Part shown: positions 19,514-28,240 of the stretch, piece after piece | How the letters are laid out: every line of letters begins with the position of its first letter | Position numbering within the stretch: the first letter of the stretch is position 1 | Assembly (NCBI GenBank): GCA_044222185.1 | Contig: JBGANV010000005.1 | Span: forward strand, 352,001-416,000 | Reading direction: 5' to 3' | Origin: Planctomycetota bacterium | Lineage (GTDB): Bacteria; Planctomycetota; GCA-002687715; CAIWVZ01 | Length of the DNA stretch: 64,000 nt | Translations under genes and position numbers: made by a program | Notes under the pieces: model-generated | Database searches by the model: none | What the model saw: the letters and a program-made list of their open reading frames with translations, nothing else | What the model was told of the DNA's origin: nothing

Positions 19514-22500
19514 CAGCCTCCGAGTGATCCGAGCCTGTTGCGGGCTTCCTTCGCCGACTCCGACTCGGGGAAGCGCTGCAAGAGCTCCGCATAGAGTTTG
19601 CGAGCCTTGTCTTTCTGATCGCGATCCTCGAAGCACCGCCCCGCGAGGAGGAGGCCCTGCGAGACCCATTGCGGGTGCGTGTAGAGAATCGAGAGTTTCA
19701 GGAACGCGTCCACGGAGCCGTCGAGCTCTCCCCGGTCGCGGCGGGATTCGCCGAGCCGGAACTGGGCCTCGGCCGCCAGTTCGCCGTCACTCAGCTGCGT
19801 GACCTTCGTGAGCGCAGCCTCCGCCGCGGCGTAGTCCTTGAGCTCGATGCGCCCTCGTCCGACGAGCAAATTCGCCCGGGCCGACGCTGCGCGGTCCTTC
19901 CCGTCATCACGGGCGATGAACTGCTCGGCGGCGGCGACGGCCTCGGACGGGCGCCGCAACGCCATCTCGCAGGTCGCGAGCGAAAGGCGTCCACCTTGCG
20001 CTCGCGCGTGGTCGGGAGATTCCTTCACCATCCTGCGGAGCGGCGGTGCTGCCGCCTCCCATTGCCCGAGCCGCGTCCGGGTCTCGCCCACGAGGAACAG
20101 GCCTTCATGGAACAACTCCCCCTCGCCGAGGGCGACGAGCGCCTCGAACGCGGTTGCCGCGTCGGCCAGACGATTCTCGTCCAGCAGGCTGAACCCGGCC
20201 CGATAGAGCGCGCGCGCCTGATGTTTGCCCTTCACCCCGGCGAACATCTCGCGGGCAGCATCGCCCTTCTTCTCTGCGAGGAGCGCCTCGCCGATCTGCG
20301 TGCGGGCCTCACCGGCGAGGTCGTCGTCCTTCGAGGACTCGACGACGTGGCGGAACGCGTCGATCGCCGCCGGCTTGTCATTCAACCTCTGACAGCACCA
20401 CGCGAGCTCGTACCAGACGCGATCCGGCCTCGCCGTCGCGTTCGCTGCGGCGAGCCGCGCAAGGCGAGACCGCGCGGCCTCATCCTTCCCCGAGCGCGCC
20501 TGGGCCACGGCGAGCGCGTAGCTCACGTCCGCGGCGCGGGCATGTTTGGCAAAGCGGCCGAGAAAATCCGTCGCCGACGCCTCGGCCTCCGCCCAACGCT
20601 CCTTCTTCACGTGAAGCGTCGTCAGGAGCTCGAGCAGGCTCGCCGCGAGGTCACCGACCGCGGGGTGCGCGAGGCCGCGCGCGACCTCGCGCCGGCATCC
20701 CCCGTCGTCATCCAGCTCGAAAGCGCACCATGCAAGCCCTTCGATGGCCCGGGCACCGGTCGTGCCCTCGACGGCCGCGAGCTTCGCGTAGGCATCCCGC
20801 GCGCCTTCGAAGTCGCCCTGCTGGAAGAGGATCTCGGCGGCCTGCAGCCGGTCGGTCGTCATCTCCTCGGGCGTGGCGCCGCTGGCGGAAGACGCCGCCG
20901 CAAGCCGTTCCGAGGCTCCCCGGAGATTCCCCTGCTTCTTCAGGACGCGGGCGGCGACGCGTTCCGTCCGCCCCAGGAACGAACCCTGCCGGTAACGGGC
21001 CCGGTACCGATCCGCGGCGGCGAGCGCCGCGTCATCGTCGCCAGCCTGCAATGCGGCCAGCGCGACCATGGAGAGCGCCTCCTCGCCGAGCGCGTCCTTC
21101 TCCTGTCCCGCCGCGAGGGCGCCGAAGGCCTCTGCGGCCTCCTTCGCGCGCCCGGCGAGATACGTGCACCACGCACGCTTGAACGCGGCCTTGCGCGCCA
21201 GCGGATGATCTGCGGGAACGGCGGCGAAAATCGGTGCGGCCTCGTCGAATCTCTTGAGCGCAAAGAGATTCTCGGCCTCGGCGAACTTCGCCTGGACGGC
21301 CAGCCGGTGCTGCGGCTGTGACGACGTCAGCGTTCGAAGCCGCGCGAGCGCGGCGTCGAACTGACCGAGCTTGTGGAGCGCGAGAGCCTCGCCGTACAGC
21401 GCGTCTCCTGCGAGCGCCGCATCCGCGGCGCCGGCCGCCTGCCTGTACTCCGGTGCGGCCTTCTCCCATCGTTCCTGCGCGGCGAGCGCCTCGGCGAGCT
21501 GGTAATGGAGGCGAGTCGTCGTCACCGGGTCCTTGGCGACGGCGAGTGCCTGCTCGAACAAGGGAGCTGCCTCGGCAGCCTTCCCGCCGTCGAGCAGAGC
21601 CACCCCGCGCAGCTCGAGCGACGGCGCCATGAGCTCGGGTGACGTCTTGTCGCTTCCGGCGAGCTCGCCCAGCTCCTTCGCCGCCTGATCGGCCTTGCCC
21701 TGCTTGTAGAGGATGCGTCCGATCTCCAGCCTCGCGCGGGCCAGGTGCGGAGAGTCCGGGTATTTCTTGACGATCTCGCGGAGGAACGGAAGCGCGTCGT
21801 CCGGCTTGCCGCCGTCGATGCGGCATCGCGCCAGCCCCATCGCCGCATCGTCCGCGAATTCGCCGCCGGCCTTCTTCGCGATCGCGAGCGCTCGATCAGC
21901 AGCCTCGAAGTCGCCGGCGCGAAGGGCCGCCTCGCCCTGGAGATAGCGACACTCGGCGGCGGCAGCATGTGCCGGATACCTGTCGGCCACGGCGCCAAAC
22001 GCCTGCGACGCGTCCGCCGCCTTGCCCCCGTTCAACAAGATGAAGCCAGCGGCGTAGAGGGCCGGCGCCGCGTACTGGCCATCCTTCGATTTGTCCGATT
22101 GGGCCGACGAGACGAAGGCCGTCAGCGCCTGGTCCGTCTTGCCCGCATCCCGCCAGCACTCGCCAGCCGCGAACTGGGATGCCGCGCTCAAATAGTGATC
22201 GGCCCCCGACTCCTCGACGAGCTTCTGATACTGCTCGGCGGCCTCGCCGTGGCGGTTGGCGACCTTCAACGCGTTGCCGAGTCGATAGCGACACTCGGGT
22301 CGAAGCTCGAAGGCCTCCCCCTTCGCGAGAGCGCGCTGGAACGCGACGATCGCCTGGTCGTTCTGCTTGAGCTCGGCGCGACAGGTGCCGAGCCGATACC
22401 AGCCCTCGGTCGCCATGCGATGACGCGGCGACTCCTTCAGGAACTGCTCCAGTTGCTGAGCAGCCTCGTCGTGAAGGCCGCGCTGGATCAACCCGAGCGC

Positions 22501-22599
22501 GAGCTGGAATTTCTCGGGGGGACGCGCATCGGGCTCCTGCGCGAGGGCGAGTCCGGATGCGAGGGTCAAGGCGAGGAGGACGGCCGGACGGGACACCAT
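19513..22599 (-). CDS. Large periplasmic tetratricopeptide-repeat protein (CpoB/YbgF-like C-terminus)
   Basis: Signal peptide MVSRPAVLLALTLASGLALA|Q after GGAG; TPR helical pairs throughout; C-terminus KARKLYAELLQRFPESESAKEARNRL resembles the CpoB TPR end. Confidence 0.88.
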   Translation of the reverse strand: MVSRPAVLLALTLASGLALAQEPDARPPEKFQLALGLIQRGLHDEAAQQLEQFLKESPRHRMATEGWYRLGTCRAELKQNDQAIVAFQRALAKGEAFELRPECRYRLGNALKVANRHGEAAEQYQKLVEESGADHYLSAASQFAAGECWRDAGKTDQALTAFVSSAQSDKSKDGQYAAPALYAAGFILLNGGKAADASQAFGAVADRYPAHAAAAECRYLQGEAALRAGDFEAADRALAIAKKAGGEFADDAAMGLARCRIDGGKPDDALPFLREIVKKYPDSPHLARARLEIGRILYKQGKADQAAKELGELAGSDKTSPELMAPSLELRGVALLDGGKAAEAAPLFEQALAVAKDPVTTTRLHYQLAEALAAQERWEKAAPEYRQAAGAADAALAGDALYGEALALHKLGQFDAALARLRTLTSSQPQHRLAVQAKFAEAENLFALKRFDEAAPIFAAVPADHPLARKAAFKRAWCTYLAGRAKEAAEAFGALAAGQEKDALGEEALSMVALAALQAGDDDAALAAADRYRARYRQGSFLGRTERVAARVLKKQGNLRGASERLAAASSASGATPEEMTTDRLQAAEILFQQGDFEGARDAYAKLAAVEGTTGARAIEGLAWCAFELDDDGGCRREVARGLAHPAVGDLAASLLELLTTLHVKKERWAEAEASATDFLGRFAKHARAADVSYALAVAQARSGKDEAARSRLARLAAANATARPDRVWYELAWCCQRLNDKPAAIDAFRHVVESSKDDDLAGEARTQIGEALLAEKKGDAAREMFAGVKGKHQARALYRAGFSLLDENRLADAATAFEALVALGEGELFHEGLFLVGETRTRLGQWEAAAPPLRRMVKESPDHARAQGGRLSLATCEMALRRPSEAVAAAEQFIARDDGKDRAASARANLLVGRGRIELKDYAAAEAALTKVTQLSDGELAAEAQFRLGESRRDRGELDGSVDAFLKLSILYTHPQWVSQGLLLAGRCFEDRDQKDKARKLYAELLQRFPESESAKEARNRLGSLGG

Positions 22600-22857
22600 C
22601 GACGGACTCCTGTTTCGGCGGGGCGGCGCGAGGGGGGCGGGACGAGGTCGGAGCGGGCTCGAGCAACAGATCAGTACGCATTCGCGACGACGACACTTCA
22701 TCGCGAAGAACTTTTTTGGGACTCACGACGCGCGAGCGGCATCGTGCATCGAGAGGACCGATGGACGCATCACCGGTGTCGGACGATGACGGGACTCGAC
22801 GGGTAACAGGCCACTACGGTTGACAACGCCGCGAGTCGCGCCACACTGGGGGCCTTC

Positions 22858-24999
22858 ATGGATTTCGCAAGTGCTGAACCCACGACACGACGGCGCGCGG
22901 TCGTGGGAGTGGTCGTCGTCGCGGTTGCGGCGCTGACCGCAGTGGGCCACGTGTCGTGGATGTCGCTGACCGGGTTCCTCACGCGCCCGCCATCCATGGA
23001 CGCTGGCTGGGATCGCCTCGACGCCGATGCGATGCTCGACCGGCTGCGCGATGGGGGCGTCGGTCGGTGGCTCACCGAGGGGATCACTCGCCCGGGGACG
23101 CATCCCCCGCTGCTCCAGATGCTCGTGGGGATGGTGGCGAGCTTCACCGGCGGCGAAGTCACGACGGGCACCTACACGATCGTCATGACGGGCGCCCTCG
23201 TCGCGTTCGTGCTGGGCGCGTGGAGGCTGGCTCGCAGCGTCGCCGGCCCCCGAGCTGCAGCGCTCGCGGCGGCCCTCGCCGCGACCGCGCCGGTCGTGCT
23301 CACCTCGCCGCGCCAGCTCCGACCTCAGTTCGCCATGGCTGCCGCGAGCCTGTGGGCACTGAACGCCATCGTCCGCAGCGAGGGGTTCACACGGCGGGGG
23401 CCGTCCATCGCCGCCGGTTGTCTGGTGGCGATCGCCGCGCTCGTGAAGATGCTGGCACCCGTCGAGGTCGCTGGCGCCGTCATCGTCGCTGCCGCCATGG
23501 GATGGGCGCGCGAGGGATGGAAGCGCGTCTTCGCGAACCTGGCGCTGGCCGGGGCCGCGTGCGCAGCGCTCGCCGCGCCGTGGTACGCCACCAACCTCGC
23601 GAGCGCCCTGCGGTACGCCCGGTGGGTGTCCGATGCCGAAGGCCAGGCCCGATTCTCGGGGAGCCTGGGAACGTTCGACCTCGGGAGGTGGACCTACTAT
23701 CCCCTCAATCTCGTGAACAACGGCTTCGGGGCCATGCTCGCGGCGGGCGTCCTCGCGTCCGCCGTCCTGCTCTTCGTGTGCCGACGCCGCGCTGCGGACG
23801 CGGCGCCAGACGGCGGCCGATCCTCGGCCCTCGCGGTGATGCTCGCCGCTCCCATCGTCGCCTTCCCGGTGATCACGCTGGGCACCGTGACCCTCCACAG
23901 CCACTACGTCGTGGGCTTCATCCCGGTCGGATGCGCTCTCGTGGGAGCGGCCGTCGATCGCCTGAGCGGCAAGCCCCGTACGACGGCCTTCACCGTGGGG
24001 ATCGTGATCGCCCTGCTCGATGGCGTGCTCGCGTTGCGGTCACCGCGAGCCGACGTCCCCCTCGCCACGATCGGGCCGATCGAACTCCTCGGGCAGGCGG
24101 ACCCGCTCACCGCACCCCAAGCCCTGGCGGTCGGGGAGCCGGAACTCCCGGGCAGCGAGGCCTCGACGAACGTCCACGTCGCAGGCCGGATGCTCCGAGA
24201 AACGACCCGACCCGAACCGCGCTTCGTCGTCGTCCACCCGGTCGGCGCCGAACATCCATTCATCAGTCCGCAGAACATCCTCCACGAGATCCACCGCCTC
24301 GGCCGCGAGGCGGAAGCGGTCGACTTCGACGAGTTCCTCTCCGCCTCGGGCGGGGTGACGATGGAGCGGCTGCGGTCCCTCGACTTCGTGGTGCTGGATG
24401 AACGACTGATGGAATCAGGAACGCTTCTGGCAGCGCTCGACGCGGCGAGAGTGCCGGCGAGCTCGGCAGGTCGAGTCTTCATCGGCCCGCGATCGACGAT
24501 CGCGCTGGTGCGCATCGAGCCGGACGACGCCGAACGGCCCGACTCGCGCCCCCTCGAGAAACCCGGCGTCCAGCGAGTGAACGTGCGGTTCTCGCTCGGG
24601 CTCACGCTTCGGGGGTTTGCGATCGGCGGCGGGGTCGGCACGGCGCCAGGTCTCAGGACCATCTGGAGCCAGCACGGAATGGTCCCCACACCCCTCGACG
24701 CCGTCGTCTACCTGGAGCAACCCGGCGAGCCGGCGAGACCAAGACGGTTCCGCCTGCGCGCGGACCCGCTGGGCGAGGGCGAGCTGCGGGTGATCACCTT
24801 CGACGGGTTCGACTCGCCGGGCCGGGGGCCTGCGATCCCGGCGAACGTCCCCGCCCGCTTTCGGCTCGCGCTCGTTCCTGGCGGCGAGCATTCGACTCCG
24901 GCGACGATCGAGTCGTCGGACCTGCCGAAGGTCGGAGGCTCGTGGGTCGCGATCCCGCTCGGTGACGCGCCCGATGGGGCCGCATCGCGCGGTCGCTGA
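22858..24999 (+). CDS. ArnT/PMT-like (GT-C) membrane glycosyltransferase with soluble C-terminal extension
   Basis: About 11 hydrophobic segments; THPPL motif in the first loop; R...G...A and PWY motifs typical of GT39/GT83-like proteins. Confidence 0.7.
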   Translation: MDFASAEPTTRRRAVVGVVVVAVAALTAVGHVSWMSLTGFLTRPPSMDAGWDRLDADAMLDRLRDGGVGRWLTEGITRPGTHPPLLQMLVGMVASFTGGEVTTGTYTIVMTGALVAFVLGAWRLARSVAGPRAAALAAALAATAPVVLTSPRQLRPQFAMAAASLWALNAIVRSEGFTRRGPSIAAGCLVAIAALVKMLAPVEVAGAVIVAAAMGWAREGWKRVFANLALAGAACAALAAPWYATNLASALRYARWVSDAEGQARFSGSLGTFDLGRWTYYPLNLVNNGFGAMLAAGVLASAVLLFVCRRRAADAAPDGGRSSALAVMLAAPIVAFPVITLGTVTLHSHYVVGFIPVGCALVGAAVDRLSGKPRTTAFTVGIVIALLDGVLALRSPRADVPLATIGPIELLGQADPLTAPQALAVGEPELPGSEASTNVHVAGRMLRETTRPEPRFVVVHPVGAEHPFISPQNILHEIHRLGREAEAVDFDEFLSASGGVTMERLRSLDFVVLDERLMESGTLLAALDAARVPASSAGRVFIGPRSTIALVRIEPDDAERPDSRPLEKPGVQRVNVRFSLGLTLRGFAIGGGVGTAPGLRTIWSQHGMVPTPLDAVVYLEQPGEPARPRRFRLRADPLGEGELRVITFDGFDSPGRGPAIPANVPARFRLALVPGGEHSTPATIESSDLPKVGGSWVAIPLGDAPDGAASRGR

Positions 25000-25010
25000 C
25001 GCCGATCGCC

Positions 25011-26471
25011 CTACTGGAACGTGACCGTGAGCGTGTTGCTCAGGACCGTTCGGCCGACGACCCCTCCGCCGCCCTGGGCATACAGCGTCACGCCCGCCAG
25101 GAGCGGATCGTTCGGGATCGCGAACGGGAACGTGAGCCGACCCGGTGCCGGCATGGCGAAGAACGGGAACAGCTCGAAGTAGGCCCCGGGAATGGCGAGG
25201 CTGATCCCGAGCGTCCCGTAGGGAGGCAGCGGCGTGTTGTCCGGCAACGACGACAGGATGACGATCATCCCGTCGTTCACGGCCGACTCGAGCGTGAGCG
25301 TCGCCACGCCTCCGATGGGTGCGGGAGTGGGAGTCAGCGCGAGCCCGGGCGTCTTCAGGAAGGCGACGGAACGGCACGCGGAGATCAGCGTGCTGGCGGC
25401 GGCCGTCGAATACACGTCGGTCTTCTCGCCGGGGCCCGTGCAATCGCCGTTCGAGTCCAGGTCCGCGAGCGCGTACACGCGGTCCGGGCTCTGGTCCTCG
25501 GCGACGAAGAGGCGGCCATCGGAGCCCACGGCCGCGATCCACATGTCGCTGGCGCTCCCCACGGCGTAGTAGAGCCGCTCCTCGGGGCCGCCGAGCGTGA
25601 TCGTCTGGTCGGCGTTCATGTCGCGCACCTTCGTGATGCGCTCGGACGAGTTCCCGCGATCATTCACGTAGAAGGTGTCCGCCCGGTCGATGCTGAACCC
25701 CCACAGGAACGCGGCGGTCGCCGGGGGCGTGGGAATGTAGAACGGCGAGATCTCCCCCGGATCGTTGCAGTTGCCGTTGGGGATCACGTCGTCGTGGAGC
25801 CGGTAGATGCCGCGGGGCCGGCCGGTCGTCGTCCCGTTCTCGAGGAAGTAGACCGTGCCGTCCGAGGCGACGACGACGGACGTGGGGATCGATTCGCCGA
25901 CGGCGCCGCCGGGCGCGATGATCGCGTAGTTCGACGCTTCGCCCGTGTCGTTCGCATCGCCATCGGCGTTCAGGTCCTGGAGCCTGACGACCGCGTCCAC
26001 ACCACCGCTCGTGGTGTTGGAGCTCGCGACCCACAGGACGCCGTCCACGCCGACGGCGATGCCCCAGGCGGACGCGATGCTGACGCCGCTCGCATTCGAC
26101 GACGAGTTGAACCACACCGTGGCCTCGCCCGGTGAACTCGCGAGCCCGTCGCCGTCCTGATCGACGAGACGCAGGATGCGATCCTGGATCGAGGTCGGAT
26201 TGTCGGTGACGAACACCGAGCCGTCCGTCGCGACGGCCATCGCCGTGAGGTCCGTCGCCGTGATCCCGCTGTTCCCCGAGGAGAAGAATGGCTGCACCTC
26301 GCCGGCGTCGTTCCAGTCGCCGTCCAGGTTGAGGTCGCTCATCCGCCAGATCCGGTCCGAACTGGGGTCGGCGACGAGGAGATCGACGGTGTTCAGGAAG
26401 GGCGCGGTCTGCTGGGCTGCGAGGGTCGCCGCGATCAGCGCGGCGCCGAGGAAGAACCGGACGTGGGGCAT
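25011..26471 (-). CDS. Secreted beta-propeller protein with DxNxDGD calcium-blade-like repeats and C-terminal putative sorting module
   Basis: Signal peptide MPHVRFFLGAALIAATLAA|Q. Six repeats such as RMSDLNLDGDWNDAGE, RLQDLNADGDANDTGE and ALADLDSNGDCTGPGE. C-terminal IPNDPLLAGVTLYAQ...LSN. Confidence 0.82.
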   Translation of the reverse strand: MPHVRFFLGAALIAATLAAQQTAPFLNTVDLLVADPSSDRIWRMSDLNLDGDWNDAGEVQPFFSSGNSGITATDLTAMAVATDGSVFVTDNPTSIQDRILRLVDQDGDGLASSPGEATVWFNSSSNASGVSIASAWGIAVGVDGVLWVASSNTTSGGVDAVVRLQDLNADGDANDTGEASNYAIIAPGGAVGESIPTSVVVASDGTVYFLENGTTTGRPRGIYRLHDDVIPNGNCNDPGEISPFYIPTPPATAAFLWGFSIDRADTFYVNDRGNSSERITKVRDMNADQTITLGGPEERLYYAVGSASDMWIAAVGSDGRLFVAEDQSPDRVYALADLDSNGDCTGPGEKTDVYSTAAASTLISACRSVAFLKTPGLALTPTPAPIGGVATLTLESAVNDGMIVILSSLPDNTPLPPYGTLGISLAIPGAYFELFPFFAMPAPGRLTFPFAIPNDPLLAGVTLYAQGGGGVVGRTVLSNTLTVTFQ

Positions 26472-26598
26472 GGGCGAACTCCGAAGGGTCGACGTCGTCT
26501 CGCGTGGTGGGTGCACGCCGTCCGTTCGACGGCGAGGGCGAAGCGTACACGCCGAGGCCCCGCCCAGGTCAATCCGCTCGCGTCGCCGCGCCCCGCTC

Positions 26599-28011
26599 TC
26601 ACTTCCCGACGCTGCGATCGGGGAGCGCCCGGACGGGGTCGACCGGCTCGCTCAACGTCGCGAGCCGCAGCAGCGCCAGCGCCTCGCCGCTCGCCCCGAG
26701 CATGAGATCGATGCCGAATTCGTCCTCGCTGCGCTCGTGCGCGGACGCCCCGTTGCGCCATTTCACGCCGTCGCCGTCGGGGCGCGCCGAGGCCAGGAGA
26801 TAGCTGCCCGCCCGGACGGCGAAGTCGCGGAACTCCGCCTTGCCCGTGGCGCGATAGAGGTCGCAGAAGAAGTCGGTGACCCCGGCGACGCCGCAGCACA
26901 GGCTCGGCGGAACGTCCTTGGGCTTGACGCCGCGGGCCGTGGCCGCGTCCGCGTAGCCCACGAGCCACCGCGCGGCCGAAAGCGCCGTGTCGAGGTAGCG
27001 CGCGTCACCGGTCTGGGCATGGAGGAGGAGGAAGAGGCGGGCGGTTCCCGGGGGTCCGTGACACCACCCGCCCATCATCGTCTTGGAGCCGTCGACGGCG
27101 GGCCAGGCCTGCGTGTCGCCGGCATGGACGGCGTGATCCATCAACCAGGCGGCCCCGGCTCGCGCGGCCGAAGCGCAGGCGTCGTCCTTCGCCGCGGCGC
27201 CGATGCGCGCGAGCGCGTAGGCGACACCGGCGGTCCCGTGACTGAAGTTCGGCATGTGGCGGTCGCCGGCGATCGGCGTCGTCCAGAACAGCGTCTTGCG
27301 CGCCGAATCGGTCTTCAGCGGGCCCGCCGCGCCGCGCGAGACGAGCCACCGGCCCGCGGCCGCCGCGCCCTCGACGAATCGCGGCTGCTTCGTCTCCGCC
27401 CCCAGGTCCAGGAGGAAGAGCGCCGTTCCCGCCGCGCCGAAGATGATGTCGACCTGGGAGTCGGGCCAATGCAGGCGATCGCCGTCGCGGATGCCCGATG
27501 CCAGGAGCGAATCGCCGACCTCGACTGCCGTCGTGAGCGCGGCGTCGTCCTTGCGGAGCCTCGCGCGAACGAGGAATGCCTGGCCGATGCCCGCGTCGCC
27601 GACGTACAGCGAACTCGCGCCGGGCTGGTCCGCGCTGCCGGCCCACGTGATGGACTTGCCGCTGCGACGGGCCGACGCGAGTAGGCCCTTGGCCGTCGCA
27701 TCCGCGAGCTTGCGAGCCTGTTCGTCGTTCATCACGGCGGCCGCGTTTTCGAGGAAGACGAGGACGCCCGCGCTGCCGCCGTAGACGATCGGTGCGGGGT
27801 CCGCATCGGAGTCGGCGGATGGGCGGAAGCGGACGGCATCCGGAACTCCGTCGACCGGCACCGCCTGGCGGGCGATCCACGACAGGGCGCGAGTCACCGT
27901 GGCGCGGACCTCGCCGACGGCGGGTTTGGAGTCCTGCGCTCGACCGAGGGCCGCGAGCACGAGGCAAGCGAGTGACAGGGTGAGCGACGCACGCGAGCGG
28001 ATGGGGCTCAT
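26599..28011 (-). CDS. Lanthionine synthetase C-like (LanC-like) protein with signal peptide
   Basis: GxxG helix-barrel repeats (YGGSAGV, YVGDAGI, IFGAAGT, FSHGTAGV, WCHGPPGT, LCCGVAGV, LMLGASG). N-terminus MSPIRSRASLTLSLACLVLAALGRA|Q. Confidence 0.85.
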   Translation of the reverse strand: MSPIRSRASLTLSLACLVLAALGRAQDSKPAVGEVRATVTRALSWIARQAVPVDGVPDAVRFRPSADSDADPAPIVYGGSAGVLVFLENAAAVMNDEQARKLADATAKGLLASARRSGKSITWAGSADQPGASSLYVGDAGIGQAFLVRARLRKDDAALTTAVEVGDSLLASGIRDGDRLHWPDSQVDIIFGAAGTALFLLDLGAETKQPRFVEGAAAAGRWLVSRGAAGPLKTDSARKTLFWTTPIAGDRHMPNFSHGTAGVAYALARIGAAAKDDACASAARAGAAWLMDHAVHAGDTQAWPAVDGSKTMMGGWCHGPPGTARLFLLLHAQTGDARYLDTALSAARWLVGYADAATARGVKPKDVPPSLCCGVAGVTDFFCDLYRATGKAEFRDFAVRAGSYLLASARPDGDGVKWRNGASAHERSEDEFGIDLMLGASGEALALLRLATLSEPVDPVRALPDRSVGK

Positions 28012-28126
28012 GAGGGAACTCCGGTTCGGGAATGGGAACGACAGGTTGGGCACGATCGGGCGCCGGCGCAACGGATGGGTCGGCGGCGGGACATTCGATG
28101 GCGCACAAGACGCATTGCCACGTTCG

Positions 28127-28169
28127 CGCGGGGCGGAGCCCCGCGGTCCGGCCGGGGATGAACCCCGGC
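28127..28169. repeat. Pair of GC-rich intergenic inverted repeats (REP-like hairpins)
   Basis: CGCGGGGC-gga-GCCCCGCG (28127-28145) and GCCGGGG-atgaa-CCCCGGC (28151-28169), between divergent genes. Confidence 0.4.
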
Positions 28170-28240
28170 GCTCCGGCGCTCGCGCGCTCCGGGGGCGCGT
28201 ATCATCGGCGTTCCCTTCTCACCCAGCAGGAGCCCGACTG

